NCBI GenBank assembly: GCA_965279035.1 | Contig: OZ257142.1 | Span: 896,001-960,000, forward strand | DNA: 64,000 nt | Direction: 5' to 3' | From: Bacteroidia bacterium | GTDB lineage: Bacteria > Bacteroidota > Bacteroidia > M30B66 | Shown here: positions 19,282-27,851 of the stretch, piece after piece | Position numbering within the stretch: the stretch's first letter is position 1 | Layout of the letters: each line of letters opens with the position of its first letter | Position numbers and translations under genes: made by a program | The notes under the pieces: model-generated | Told to the model about the DNA's origin: nothing | Database searches by the model: none | Seen by the model: the letters and a program-made list of their open reading frames with translations, nothing else

Positions 19282-19529
19282 AGTTTTTCGGCTAGTTGTT
19301 GATTGAGAAGAAGTTGAATAAATTCATACAAATCCTTATCAATCGTTTTTTCATCCGTTTCGTATCGATCGACCAAGTTTTTAATGATTTCTTCTTGCGA
19401 GCGATTCTCTTTCAAGAGCTGGATGATTTCAACCCCAATTGGGTTTACTGAATATGAATCACCGGTTCCGGGATCGAAAACGAAACCGCTATCACTTAAT
19501 GCAATGTTGCTTTTTATGCGGATATTCAT
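19278..19529 (-). CDS. Stand-alone PqqD-family protein / RiPP recognition element (RRE)
   Basis: 83 aa with the PqqD pattern: beta strands (GFVFDPGTGDSYSVNPIG), then helices (IIQLL, EEIIKNLVDRYE, IDKDLYEFIQLL). Confidence 0.85.
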   Translation of the reverse strand: MNIRIKSNIALSDSGFVFDPGTGDSYSVNPIGVEIIQLLKENRSQEEIIKNLVDRYETDEKTIDKDLYEFIQLLLNQQLAEKL

Positions 19530-19620
19530 ACAAATAGATTTTTCCCTTTCAGGAGATGAATTTTAAAGAGACCGCAAGACCTAGGGTTTTTAAAGTGGTT
19601 TAATTTCCCAATTTTATTTT

Positions 19621-20496
19621 TTAGGGAATAATTACTTTAAGTGAGGACGGAATCATTGAAAATTGAAGTTCATTCGATTGATTTACAGGTTCTCCATCAA
19701 TATTGACTAAGCCACTTTTTTCACGAATAATTTTTACGGAATTTGAAACGAACGAGACCGTATTTACATGATTATCGATTGTTCCACGAAATAATTTGAT
19801 GGCCAATCCTGGTGCATCTTTCCAAGAACATTGTTTTAAAAGCGTGATGTGAAATAGTCCATCACTTAACATTGCTTTGGGAGCAATAAACGCATTGTTG
19901 CCGAATTGTGGACCATTGCATACAGTCATGAGAAAAGCATCCTGTTCGAATGTTTCTCCATTGATTTCAATCACTAAATGTTCGGGGCGAAACTGATTAA
20001 ACTCTTTTAGGGTGATTTTAGCGTAATTCAATAATCCTCTATTTACCGAATGATGAAACATTCCAGCAACGTGCGCGTCAAAACCAACGCCTGCCAAATT
20101 CATAAATGGAACACCATTCAAAGATCCCGTATCCATGAGAATTAATTTCCCCGATTCAATGATTCGAACGGCTTTTTCAATGTCAAAGGGAATTCCGAGG
20201 CTTCTTGCTAGACCATTGCCCGAACCCATGGGAATGATACCTAATGAAGTATTCGAATGAATGAGTTGTGATCCAATGATATTGATCGTTCCATCACCAC
20301 CAACAGCTATCACCGAATTTATTTTTTCAGCAATGGCTTCCTGTGTTTTTTCGCGTGTTTCTGAAACAGAAGTGCTAAAACATATATCAACATCCAAGTG
20401 AGTTTTGATGCATGCTTTTTCAATCAATGCTGGAATGCGCGTTTTGTTTTTTCCACCCGAAACGGGATTGATTATAAAACGAACACGCTGCTTCAC
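19621..20496 (-). CDS. YegS/DAGK-family lipid kinase
   Basis: IINPVSG, AVGGDGT, IPMGSGNGLARSL, GVGFDA, NGPQFG, IDGE. Confidence 0.93.
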   Translation of the reverse strand: MKQRVRFIINPVSGGKNKTRIPALIEKACIKTHLDVDICFSTSVSETREKTQEAIAEKINSVIAVGGDGTINIIGSQLIHSNTSLGIIPMGSGNGLARSLGIPFDIEKAVRIIESGKLILMDTGSLNGVPFMNLAGVGFDAHVAGMFHHSVNRGLLNYAKITLKEFNQFRPEHLVIEINGETFEQDAFLMTVCNGPQFGNNAFIAPKAMLSDGLFHITLLKQCSWKDAPGLAIKLFRGTIDNHVNTVSFVSNSVKIIREKSGLVNIDGEPVNQSNELQFSMIPSSLKVIIP

Positions 20497-21308
20497 TTCG
20501 ATTCTTTTGCGAATTGTTGACGAATAACTTGAAGTAATTCATCATTCATCAATCCATTACCAGCAAGTAATTCTTTGCCAAACAGATACTCATTTCCACC
20601 CGAATAATCGGAAACTGTACCGCCTGCTTGTTGAACGATGAATGTTCCAGCAGCAACATCCCATGGACTTAATCCATATTCATAAAAAGCTTCGAATCTA
20701 CCGCAGGCAACGTAAGCTAAATCGATAGCTGCTGATCCCAATCGTCTCACTCCGTGTGAGTTTCTAAGTAGATGCATAAACAAACGCATCCATTCTTCCA
20801 ATCGGCCTTCATCCCGGTATGGGAATCCGGTAACGATAAGCGAATCTTTCAACCGATTCCGATTGGAAACACGAATTGGCTTGTTGTTGAGATAGGCATT
20901 TCCGCCTGCAACGGCATGAAAGCATTCATCGTTACTTATTTCATAAACCACCCCAAGAATAACTCGTTCGTTTTGCATCAATGCGATACTGATGCAATAG
21001 AGTGGCAAGCCATGAATAAAATTGGTTGTTCCATCAATAGGATCAATCACCCAGCGAAACTCTTTATTTTCTTGAGCAATGGTATTTTCTTCGGTGATAA
21101 AACCAGATTCGGGAAGTAAAATACTCAACTCACTCACTAGCAGAGTTTCGGCTGCTTTATCGACATAGGTCACGAAATCGTTTAAGCCTTTTGATTCGAT
21201 GCTCGATTCGGTAAGACGTTTTTGTTCCAGTTGAATGAACTTTCCAACTTCACGACTAATGGCGCAAACCTCAGCACACAGGGATTCAAGATCTTCAGGA
21301 AGCGACAT
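20493..21308 (-). CDS. suhB: Inositol monophosphatase family protein
   Basis: DFVTYVD, WVIDPIDGTTNFIHG, RRLGSAAIDL, WDVAAG; ATG at 21308 preferred. Confidence 0.9.
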   Translation of the reverse strand: MSLPEDLESLCAEVCAISREVGKFIQLEQKRLTESSIESKGLNDFVTYVDKAAETLLVSELSILLPESGFITEENTIAQENKEFRWVIDPIDGTTNFIHGLPLYCISIALMQNERVILGVVYEISNDECFHAVAGGNAYLNNKPIRVSNRNRLKDSLIVTGFPYRDEGRLEEWMRLFMHLLRNSHGVRRLGSAAIDLAYVACGRFEAFYEYGLSPWDVAAGTFIVQQAGGTVSDYSGGNEYLFGKELLAGNGLMNDELLQVIRQQFAKESK

Positions 21309-22458
21309 GATGTTGTTTTTTTTCAAGATTGCGTGTATACCAAATTCCAATAACACCCAAAATCATGAGAGTACACGAAATAATTTGCGCTTGAGTAATG
21401 CCTAATCCACCAATGTGATATTGCGTATTAACGCGAATTGATTCAATTAGAAAACGTTCCATTCCGTTCAGAATGAGGTAGATGCTAAACAATAAACCCG
21501 GCGTTGTTATTTTCTTGCGGATGGACCAAAGCACTAAAAACAGAATGATTGCCATGACTGTTTCGTAGAATGATGTTGGGTAAACAGCTTGTGGTAATTC
21601 GTGGCACCAGCGTCCAACACATCCGGGAATGGGAACTCCTTCGTTATTTACGTTATGCGGAAACTTAAACGCCCACATCCAGTCAGGTAGAAAACTCATC
21701 CAATTGGGTTTGGGAGATGAATTCACAATTCCCCAATCTCCATCGCCCGACATCATGCAACCAATTCGACCAATACCGTATGAGAGCATCAAGGCTGGAG
21801 CGGCTGCATCGGTAAGGTGAATGGCGGGTAAACCATTCTTGCGACCATACCGAATAATGAGAATGGCGGCAACGATTAATCCACCATAAAAAGTAAGTCC
21901 TGAAAATGAGAGTAATGCACCTATTGGATCGGCCATGAATTCTGCCGGATTTTCAAGATTGTGAAAGATTTTCGCACCCAATAATCCACCGATCACACCA
22001 AAGAGAATGATATTTCCAACATGATCTTCGGCTTTCATTGGGACAGAAAGCGTTTCTCTTTTGACTTTTTTCTGAGTTTCACTTTCTCTATAGCGCCAGT
22101 AAATCATGGCAGCGGCAATCAACAGTCCGCCAACAAAATTTCCTTTGGTAGATAAAAGTGTTGTTTGAGGATCGTTTACAAATTCACTGTAATTCATTGC
22201 CATATAAAAGGCTTTGAATCCGATGATGAAACCTAGAATACCTGCGATGATATAATCAGAAACCTGAGCTTCTTTCCCCACTTCAAGCATTCTTTTTCCT
22301 GTTTTGAACTGTCCGAGTTTTTCTTTTCTACGGAGCTCAAGCGTTAAAATATAGGCAGCAACGAGGAATGCGATAGCAACGAAAAAACCAAATGTTTGTA
22401 TGGGAAGAGGAAGATCGATTCCGAATGATTTCAGAAGTTCGCTAATGGTTGCGTACAT
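21295..22458 (-). CDS. lgt: Prolipoprotein diacylglyceryl transferase (long Bacteroidota form)
   Basis: GAKIFH, GLTFYGGL, YGIGRIGC, YPTSFYE, ERFLIESIR, TQAQIIS. Confidence 0.88.
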   Translation of the reverse strand: MYATISELLKSFGIDLPLPIQTFGFFVAIAFLVAAYILTLELRRKEKLGQFKTGKRMLEVGKEAQVSDYIIAGILGFIIGFKAFYMAMNYSEFVNDPQTTLLSTKGNFVGGLLIAAAMIYWRYRESETQKKVKRETLSVPMKAEDHVGNIILFGVIGGLLGAKIFHNLENPAEFMADPIGALLSFSGLTFYGGLIVAAILIIRYGRKNGLPAIHLTDAAAPALMLSYGIGRIGCMMSGDGDWGIVNSSPKPNWMSFLPDWMWAFKFPHNVNNEGVPIPGCVGRWCHELPQAVYPTSFYETVMAIILFLVLWSIRKKITTPGLLFSIYLILNGMERFLIESIRVNTQYHIGGLGITQAQIISCTLMILGVIGIWYTRNLEKKQHHVAS

Positions 22459-23794
22459 ATATAAATCTATTGCTGAGTTGGGTTTGGGATATTGAAATTG
22501 GTTTACCTAAACAGATTCCTTCCGAATCAATTTCTTGAAGTTGGAATGTTTCGATTGTATTTGTTTTTGATGAGTCGAATGCAGTTTTGACTTTAACATA
22601 ATTCTCAGTAAAACCATACATCCATTCACCATCACGTTCGCCTTCCCAAAGTACTTGAACTGTTTTACCCAATTGATTTTGGTAGAAGAATCGTTTCTTT
22701 TTTTCAGAAAGAATGTGAAGCATTTTACTACGAAGTGCTCTCACTTTTTCCGGAACAACTCCAGGAAGTTCTATCGCTTGTGTATTATCGCGTTCGGAGT
22801 ATGTGAAAACGTGGAGATATGAAACGTCCAACTCATTGATGAATGCATAACTATTTTGAAATTCTTCATCTGTTTCTCCGGGGAAACCTACTATTACATC
22901 TACGCCAATGCAGCAATTGGGCATCAATTCTTTAATTAGGGCAACACGGCTTTCATACACATCGCGTTTGTAACGGCGGCGCATTCGTCGGAGCGTTTGG
23001 TTGCTGCCCGATTGCAATGGTATATGGAAATGAGGAACGAATTTTTGCGAACTAGCTACAAATCGAATGATTTCATCGCTGAGTAAATTGGGTTCGATGG
23101 ATGAAATACGGAAACGTTCAACACCATCTAGTTTGTCGAGTTCCTGAATTAATTCTAAGAAACTTTCCCCATTGTACTTTCCAAAATCTCCTGTATTAAC
23201 GCCTGTTAGGATAATTTCTTTGGTTCCCGTTTCACGAATGAGTTCACGAGCTGCATCAAGGGTAGATACAATGGTTTCGCTGCGGCTTTTCCCTCTTGCT
23301 AAAGGAATGGTGCAAAAGGAACAGGAATAATCGCAGCCATCTTGTACTTTGAAAAATGTACGTGTACGATCACCCGAACTATAGGAAGGTACGAAGGTGT
23401 GCACATCCTCAATTTCGCAGGCATGAATCTGCGCTTTGATATTCTTTTCTGATTCTTGAATGTGTTCTAAAATGTTGAATTTCTCATTTGCTCCAAGCAC
23501 GAGATCAACTCCCAGAATTTCAGCAATTTCGTTTGGCTTTAGTTGAGCATAACAACCAATAACAGCAATGTAGGCATGAGGAGAAACCCGCAAAGCCCGA
23601 TTTACTAAGCTTTTGCATTTTTTATCTGCATTGTCGGTTACCGAACAGGTATTGATGATATACATATCGGGAGAATCATCAAAATCAACCTTCGTATAGC
23701 CAGCACCCTGAAACAGTCGGGCAACGGTTGAGGTTTCCGAAAAATTCAGTTTGCAACCAAGAGTATAAAATGCAACGCGTTTGCTTGTTTCCAT
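22442..23794 (-). CDS. mtaB: tRNA t6A37 methylthiotransferase
   Basis: TLGCKLNFSET, INTCSVT, GCYAQ, radical SAM CDYSCSFC, TRAM domain. Confidence 0.95.
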   Translation of the reverse strand: METSKRVAFYTLGCKLNFSETSTVARLFQGAGYTKVDFDDSPDMYIINTCSVTDNADKKCKSLVNRALRVSPHAYIAVIGCYAQLKPNEIAEILGVDLVLGANEKFNILEHIQESEKNIKAQIHACEIEDVHTFVPSYSSGDRTRTFFKVQDGCDYSCSFCTIPLARGKSRSETIVSTLDAARELIRETGTKEIILTGVNTGDFGKYNGESFLELIQELDKLDGVERFRISSIEPNLLSDEIIRFVASSQKFVPHFHIPLQSGSNQTLRRMRRRYKRDVYESRVALIKELMPNCCIGVDVIVGFPGETDEEFQNSYAFINELDVSYLHVFTYSERDNTQAIELPGVVPEKVRALRSKMLHILSEKKKRFFYQNQLGKTVQVLWEGERDGEWMYGFTENYVKVKTAFDSSKTNTIETFQLQEIDSEGICLGKPISISQTQLSNRFIYVRNH

Positions 23795-23801
23795 TCGGCT
23801 G

Positions 23802-23809
23802 CAAATGTA
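23802..23809 (-). promoter_or_regulatory. -7 promoter element TACATTTG for the mtaB-lgt-suhB-kinase operon
   Basis: Exact TAnnTTTG match ending 8 nt before the mtaB ATG. Confidence 0.6.
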
Positions 23810-23957
23810 CCATAAATGTGTATTCAGCCCTTTAAAAAGCCAAGTTTTGAGCAGGAAACTTTCCCCAACTTTAAAAATAAAACACTGAATTACAGTACAT
23901 AAGCATCTTTTTTGAAAAGAGATAATATACTGCTCTTGTCTGAGTAAATATTTGGAC

Positions 23958-23965
23958 TACATTTG
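23958..23965 (+). promoter_or_regulatory. -7 promoter element TACATTTG for tRNA-Glu/rpsT
   Basis: Exact TAnnTTTG match about 24 nt upstream of the tRNA. Confidence 0.65.
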
Positions 23966-23988
23966 CATTCCAATTTTTGAAAAAAAAT

Positions 23989-24060
23989 GGCCCGTTCATC
24001 TAGGGGTTAGGATACAAGATTTTCATTCTTGGTACAGGGGTTCGATTCCCCTACGGGCTA
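23989..24060 (+). tRNA. tRNA-Glu(TTC)
   Basis: Acceptor GGCCCGT/ACGGGCT, anticodon arm CAAGA-TTTTCAT-TCTTG, T arm AGGGG-TTCGATT-CCCCT; CCA not encoded. Confidence 0.96.
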
Positions 24061-24084
24061 CTACTCAAATAGAGAAAAAAACAA

Positions 24085-24339
24085 ATGGCAAATCACAAAT
24101 CAGCAATCAAACGGATTCGTTCTAACGATGCAAAACGTAATCGTAACCGTTATTTTCACAAAACGACTCGTAATGCGCTGAAGAAACTTCGCCTTACATC
24201 AGACAAAAAAGAAGCACAATCACAATTGCTTGTTGTTTCTTCTATGCTTGATAAATTAGCTAAGAAAAGCATCATTCATAAGAACAAAGCAGGTAATCTT
24301 GTAGGAAAGATTACTCGTTACGTGAACTCTTTGAAATAG
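24085..24339 (+). CDS. rpsT: 30S ribosomal protein S20
   Basis: MANHKSAIKRIR...LDKLAKKSIIHKNKA. Confidence 0.98.
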   Translation: MANHKSAIKRIRSNDAKRNRNRYFHKTTRNALKKLRLTSDKKEAQSQLLVVSSMLDKLAKKSIIHKNKAGNLVGKITRYVNSLK

Positions 24340-24360
24340 ATTTTTTTCAAATCAGAATTT

Positions 24361-24390
24361 AACCTCGGCCTCAACCGGGGTTTTTTTGTT
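24361..24390 (+). terminator. Intrinsic terminator after rpsT
   Basis: AACCTCGG-CCTCAA-CCGGGGTT followed by a T run. Confidence 0.8.
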
Positions 24391-25413
24391 TTATGATTTG
24401 CTCAGTTTTTCTTCAGGCACCTCGTCTTCGAAACGATCAGGTTCTCCTTTCGCTTGAATCAATTGCTCTATACTAATTCGATCATAGTCATCAAAATGGT
24501 TGACTTCAATTTGTGAAGAACCATCTTCAGCAACCGTTAATATTTTTCTCCATCGAGCACCCCAAATCACATCTTCTTCAAGGTAAGAATAACGCACTTG
24601 AACATTCGTGAAAAATGAATCATCATATCCTTGAATTAGGATTAATAATTCAGGTTCTGAGGCTCTAAATTCCTCTTCGTTCATTCCATAAAACGGACTG
24701 TTTTCATCAATGGGATGAACTACTGTCCAGCTTGTTGGGAAGAATACAATATCATCGCGTTCGAGCTTTAATCGAAAAAATCGTCTACCTGGCTGCCCAT
24801 TTTCATCCGAAAGCGTAATGGCAATGCTCACGTTGGCACTTAAGTTTACTAATTGACTTTTCATCCGATTCGTCAATCTAAACATGAGTGCTGTTTGATT
24901 TTTATACGGACTAATTAGAATATTTCTGCTAAACATGAGCTTGGCAATGGGTTTTGAAAAACGCCCGAAGACCAATCCAGTTATTAATGCAAAGCTCGAA
25001 ACGCCCAATAAAGCTTCAAAGGCAGCAATGGTATTCACAAGAATACCGCTTGGGCTTACACGACCGTATCCAACTGTGCTTAATGTTTGTGCACTAAAGA
25101 AAAAGGCTTCCCAAAAATGACCGCTTTCATCGGCTGGATCAATTCCTCTCAAATTATCAATGCCACATAAAAGATAAATTCCAGCAAAAACGAGGTTGAT
25201 AAAGAAATACCATAACAAAACGAATAGGAAAAAACGGTTCCAGCTTGTTGCAAGTAATTCATTGTATGGGTTGAAGGATTCAAAAACAGAGATTCCTTTT
25301 CTTACAACATTGAATGAGCCGTCTTTATTGAGTAAACGTTTCTTTTGACCCGTATTTCCAAATCCAAATTCCTGCTCTTGTACTTTTCTTCTTCTTCTGA
25401 AATGTTCTCCCAC
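24391..25413 (-). CDS. Inward-rectifier potassium channel (KirBac-like)
   Basis: FFFSAQTLSTVGYG filter, RFSKP, ALMFRL, WTVVHPIDENSP cytoplasmic Kir domain. Confidence 0.9.
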   Translation of the reverse strand: MGEHFRRRRKVQEQEFGFGNTGQKKRLLNKDGSFNVVRKGISVFESFNPYNELLATSWNRFFLFVLLWYFFINLVFAGIYLLCGIDNLRGIDPADESGHFWEAFFFSAQTLSTVGYGRVSPSGILVNTIAAFEALLGVSSFALITGLVFGRFSKPIAKLMFSRNILISPYKNQTALMFRLTNRMKSQLVNLSANVSIAITLSDENGQPGRRFFRLKLERDDIVFFPTSWTVVHPIDENSPFYGMNEEEFRASEPELLILIQGYDDSFFTNVQVRYSYLEEDVIWGARWRKILTVAEDGSSQIEVNHFDDYDRISIEQLIQAKGEPDRFEDEVPEEKLSKS

Positions 25414-25422
25414 AGCTGTGAT

Positions 25423-27849
25423 TTATTTTTCAAAAATAATAGTCATTTCAACACGTCGGTTTTTTTGTCGCCCTTCTGGAGTTTTGTTTGAAGCAATCGG
25501 TTTGGTTTGACCAAACCATTCCGTTGTTAAGCGATCAGGATTTATCTTCTTACTAATCATATACGTTTTTAAAGCCAAAGCCCGATTTTTCGAAAGCGCC
25601 ATGTTTGTTTGTGGTTTACCAACATTGTCGGTATGCCCCGAAATTAAAAGACTCCAACTATTTTTCTTCAACAGCAATTCAGCCAAATTATCGAGCGATT
25701 CGTAAGATGATTCTTTGATTAATGCTTTTCCTGTTTCAAACTCTAAGTTCTCAAATGCTGTGTTGAGAATTTCTTGTTCTTCTTTCAATAATTCTGGACA
25801 GCCATTATTTTTCAAACTTCCAGCTATTGAAGGGCATTTGTCTATTTCATCGTTCAATCCATCTCCATCACTATCCAAAGGAACGACAATAGGAAATGTT
25901 ATTATTTCAATTTCCGGGATTTTAACTGGGCAGCCTTTGTCAGTTCCTGGAACATCAGGACATAAATCAAGGTGATCAGCAAATCCATCTTTGTCTGAAT
26001 CTGGACAACCTTGTAGAGATAATAATCCAAACTTGGTAGGACAAATATCTTTCGTGTCAATCAATCCATCCCCATCGGTATCAGGACAACCAGCAAAATT
26101 TCGAGGACCAGCTAAATCGGGACATTCGTCTTCTTTATCTGGAATGCTATCTAAGTCGCGATCTGGACAACCTCCCAAATAAGCAAAACCAGCCAATGTT
26201 GGACATTGATCTTCAGAATCAATAATTCCATCGTCATCTCGATCGGGACAACCATTTAATTCAGGTTTACCTGCATTGTCGGGGCATTTATCGAGTTTAT
26301 CTGCAATGCCATCATGGTCTCTATCTGGACAACCTTTCATATCAACACTTCCAGATTCGAGTGGGCATTCATCGAATTTATCAGCAATTCCATCGTGGTC
26401 GGAATCGGGGCAACCATTTAAGCCAAATACTCCAGGAACATCAGGACATTCATCTTTGGAATTGGGAATTCCATCACCATCTTTATCACAGTAGTTTGGT
26501 CGTTCTGTATCGTAACCACTCACTAAAGTAATACCTGCACGCAGGTTAGTTCCACGACTATTGTATTGTCCAAACAGCCCGATTAAATTGTCGGAGATAA
26601 CCGAAAATTGGGTTAATCCAAGATTCAGCGTAAAGCCTGCACCCAGATTTATAAAAGAATTATTTTGATACGCTCCATTGATTGAAAACTCTAGCAGATC
26701 GTTAAAACGTTTTGTAAAACCTAAGGAAGCAGAAGGATATAGCTTTCCTTTATATGAACTGCCCATCAACAAAAACTGAAAGGAATTTCGGTTGTGTAAA
26801 GTATAATGTCCGCCAAAATAGTATCGTGTTGGCAAATGAGAAACATAATTATCGCTTCGTTCTTTGATGTTGAAAATATTGCCTAAGGAATCGAGATAAT
26901 GTTGAACACCATTGTTGATTGTATCGGTATTGGTCGATAAAAATTTATCAATAGGCACACCGGTAAAAGAGAAAGAAGGGATATTATTATAATAGTTGAC
27001 TGGTTTAAAACGCCAGTTGATATTTCCAATATCGAGTACACTTGCAAACACATCAAAATGATCATTGAATTTATATTCACCACCAAGATCTAAAGCAAAT
27101 CCACGATTTCTTCTTTCGAAAAGATAAGTCCAACGCTTGGTCGAATCCATACTAAAATCGCGCAATCCAGAAGAGTTAATTAGGATATCGGAAGTGCCAG
27201 TTAAATCGAACGTAACAGGTGCCGTATTCAGTTTGATATTGCTCCGGTTTATATCCAAGTTTTCCATGCCATACAGGTATTTCGCGGTAAATCCTAAGCG
27301 TAGTTTACACTTAAAATCACGCGACATTCCGAAAGCATATTCTCTGTAATGTGTTGCGGTAATGAATAAATTTCCAAGATCAGAGGTTTGCCCTATTTTA
27401 GGACCATTTCCGTTGATTGCAACATCCATTAAATCTTTGGTAAACTGCGATTGAAGTAAAAACTTTTCAGTTATTCTTCCATTCACATACCATCGGCCTT
27501 CGCGCCAACCAACACTTACTAAATCGGTTTGAGCAGTTGCAGAAATGTAATTTGTTTTTCGTAATCCTGATAAAAAACCTGTGAAATCAAAATAGATGGA
27601 GTCAGTGTTTGCTTTTTTCTTAATTAAATCGCGGTAAGTAAAACTGCTATTGCTAAAACTGAGGTAATTATTGGAAATTAAAGGCAAGCCTAAATAAAAT
27701 TCTTCTTTAGGCAAGAAAGCAGGATTGACAGTTACTTTATGAGGATTGTAATTTTGATTTAATAAAATGAAATCGGATTGAGAAAACGTGCTGAAATGCA
27801 ACAACAGAAAACATCCTACATGCAGAAGTGTTAGAGCAGACTTCCTCAT
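25423..27849 (-). CDS. DUF5723-like outer-membrane beta-barrel + thrombospondin type 3 repeats + OmpA C-terminal domain
   Basis: Signal peptide, VNPAF, HYREYAFG, LRLGFTAKYLYG, GFALDLG; DxDxDG..D.CP repeats; ISGHTDNVG..NMALSKNRA..NRRVE. Confidence 0.8.
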   Translation of the reverse strand: MRKSALTLLHVGCFLLLHFSTFSQSDFILLNQNYNPHKVTVNPAFLPKEEFYLGLPLISNNYLSFSNSSFTYRDLIKKKANTDSIYFDFTGFLSGLRKTNYISATAQTDLVSVGWREGRWYVNGRITEKFLLQSQFTKDLMDVAINGNGPKIGQTSDLGNLFITATHYREYAFGMSRDFKCKLRLGFTAKYLYGMENLDINRSNIKLNTAPVTFDLTGTSDILINSSGLRDFSMDSTKRWTYLFERRNRGFALDLGGEYKFNDHFDVFASVLDIGNINWRFKPVNYYNNIPSFSFTGVPIDKFLSTNTDTINNGVQHYLDSLGNIFNIKERSDNYVSHLPTRYYFGGHYTLHNRNSFQFLLMGSSYKGKLYPSASLGFTKRFNDLLEFSINGAYQNNSFINLGAGFTLNLGLTQFSVISDNLIGLFGQYNSRGTNLRAGITLVSGYDTERPNYCDKDGDGIPNSKDECPDVPGVFGLNGCPDSDHDGIADKFDECPLESGSVDMKGCPDRDHDGIADKLDKCPDNAGKPELNGCPDRDDDGIIDSEDQCPTLAGFAYLGGCPDRDLDSIPDKEDECPDLAGPRNFAGCPDTDGDGLIDTKDICPTKFGLLSLQGCPDSDKDGFADHLDLCPDVPGTDKGCPVKIPEIEIITFPIVVPLDSDGDGLNDEIDKCPSIAGSLKNNGCPELLKEEQEILNTAFENLEFETGKALIKESSYESLDNLAELLLKKNSWSLLISGHTDNVGKPQTNMALSKNRALALKTYMISKKINPDRLTTEWFGQTKPIASNKTPEGRQKNRRVEMTIIFEK
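25795..26490 (-). repeat. Eight thrombospondin type 3 (Ca-binding) repeats of about 27 aa / 81 bp
   Basis: D-x-D-x-D-G-I-x-D-x-x-D-x-C-P...G-C-P, seven in tandem plus one after a short spacer. Confidence 0.9.
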
Positions 27850-27851
27850 AA

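Noticed and set aside
19384-19566. 60-aa plus-strand ORF as a possible precursor peptide for the PqqD cluster
   Set aside because: It is antisense to and overlaps the PqqD gene, and has no leader/core character; most likely a shadow ORF.
25795-26490. Periodic ~81-bp DNA repeats as a CRISPR array or VNTR
   Set aside because: They are degenerate, in frame and encode TSP3 protein repeats; there are no identical repeats with unique spacers and no cas genes.
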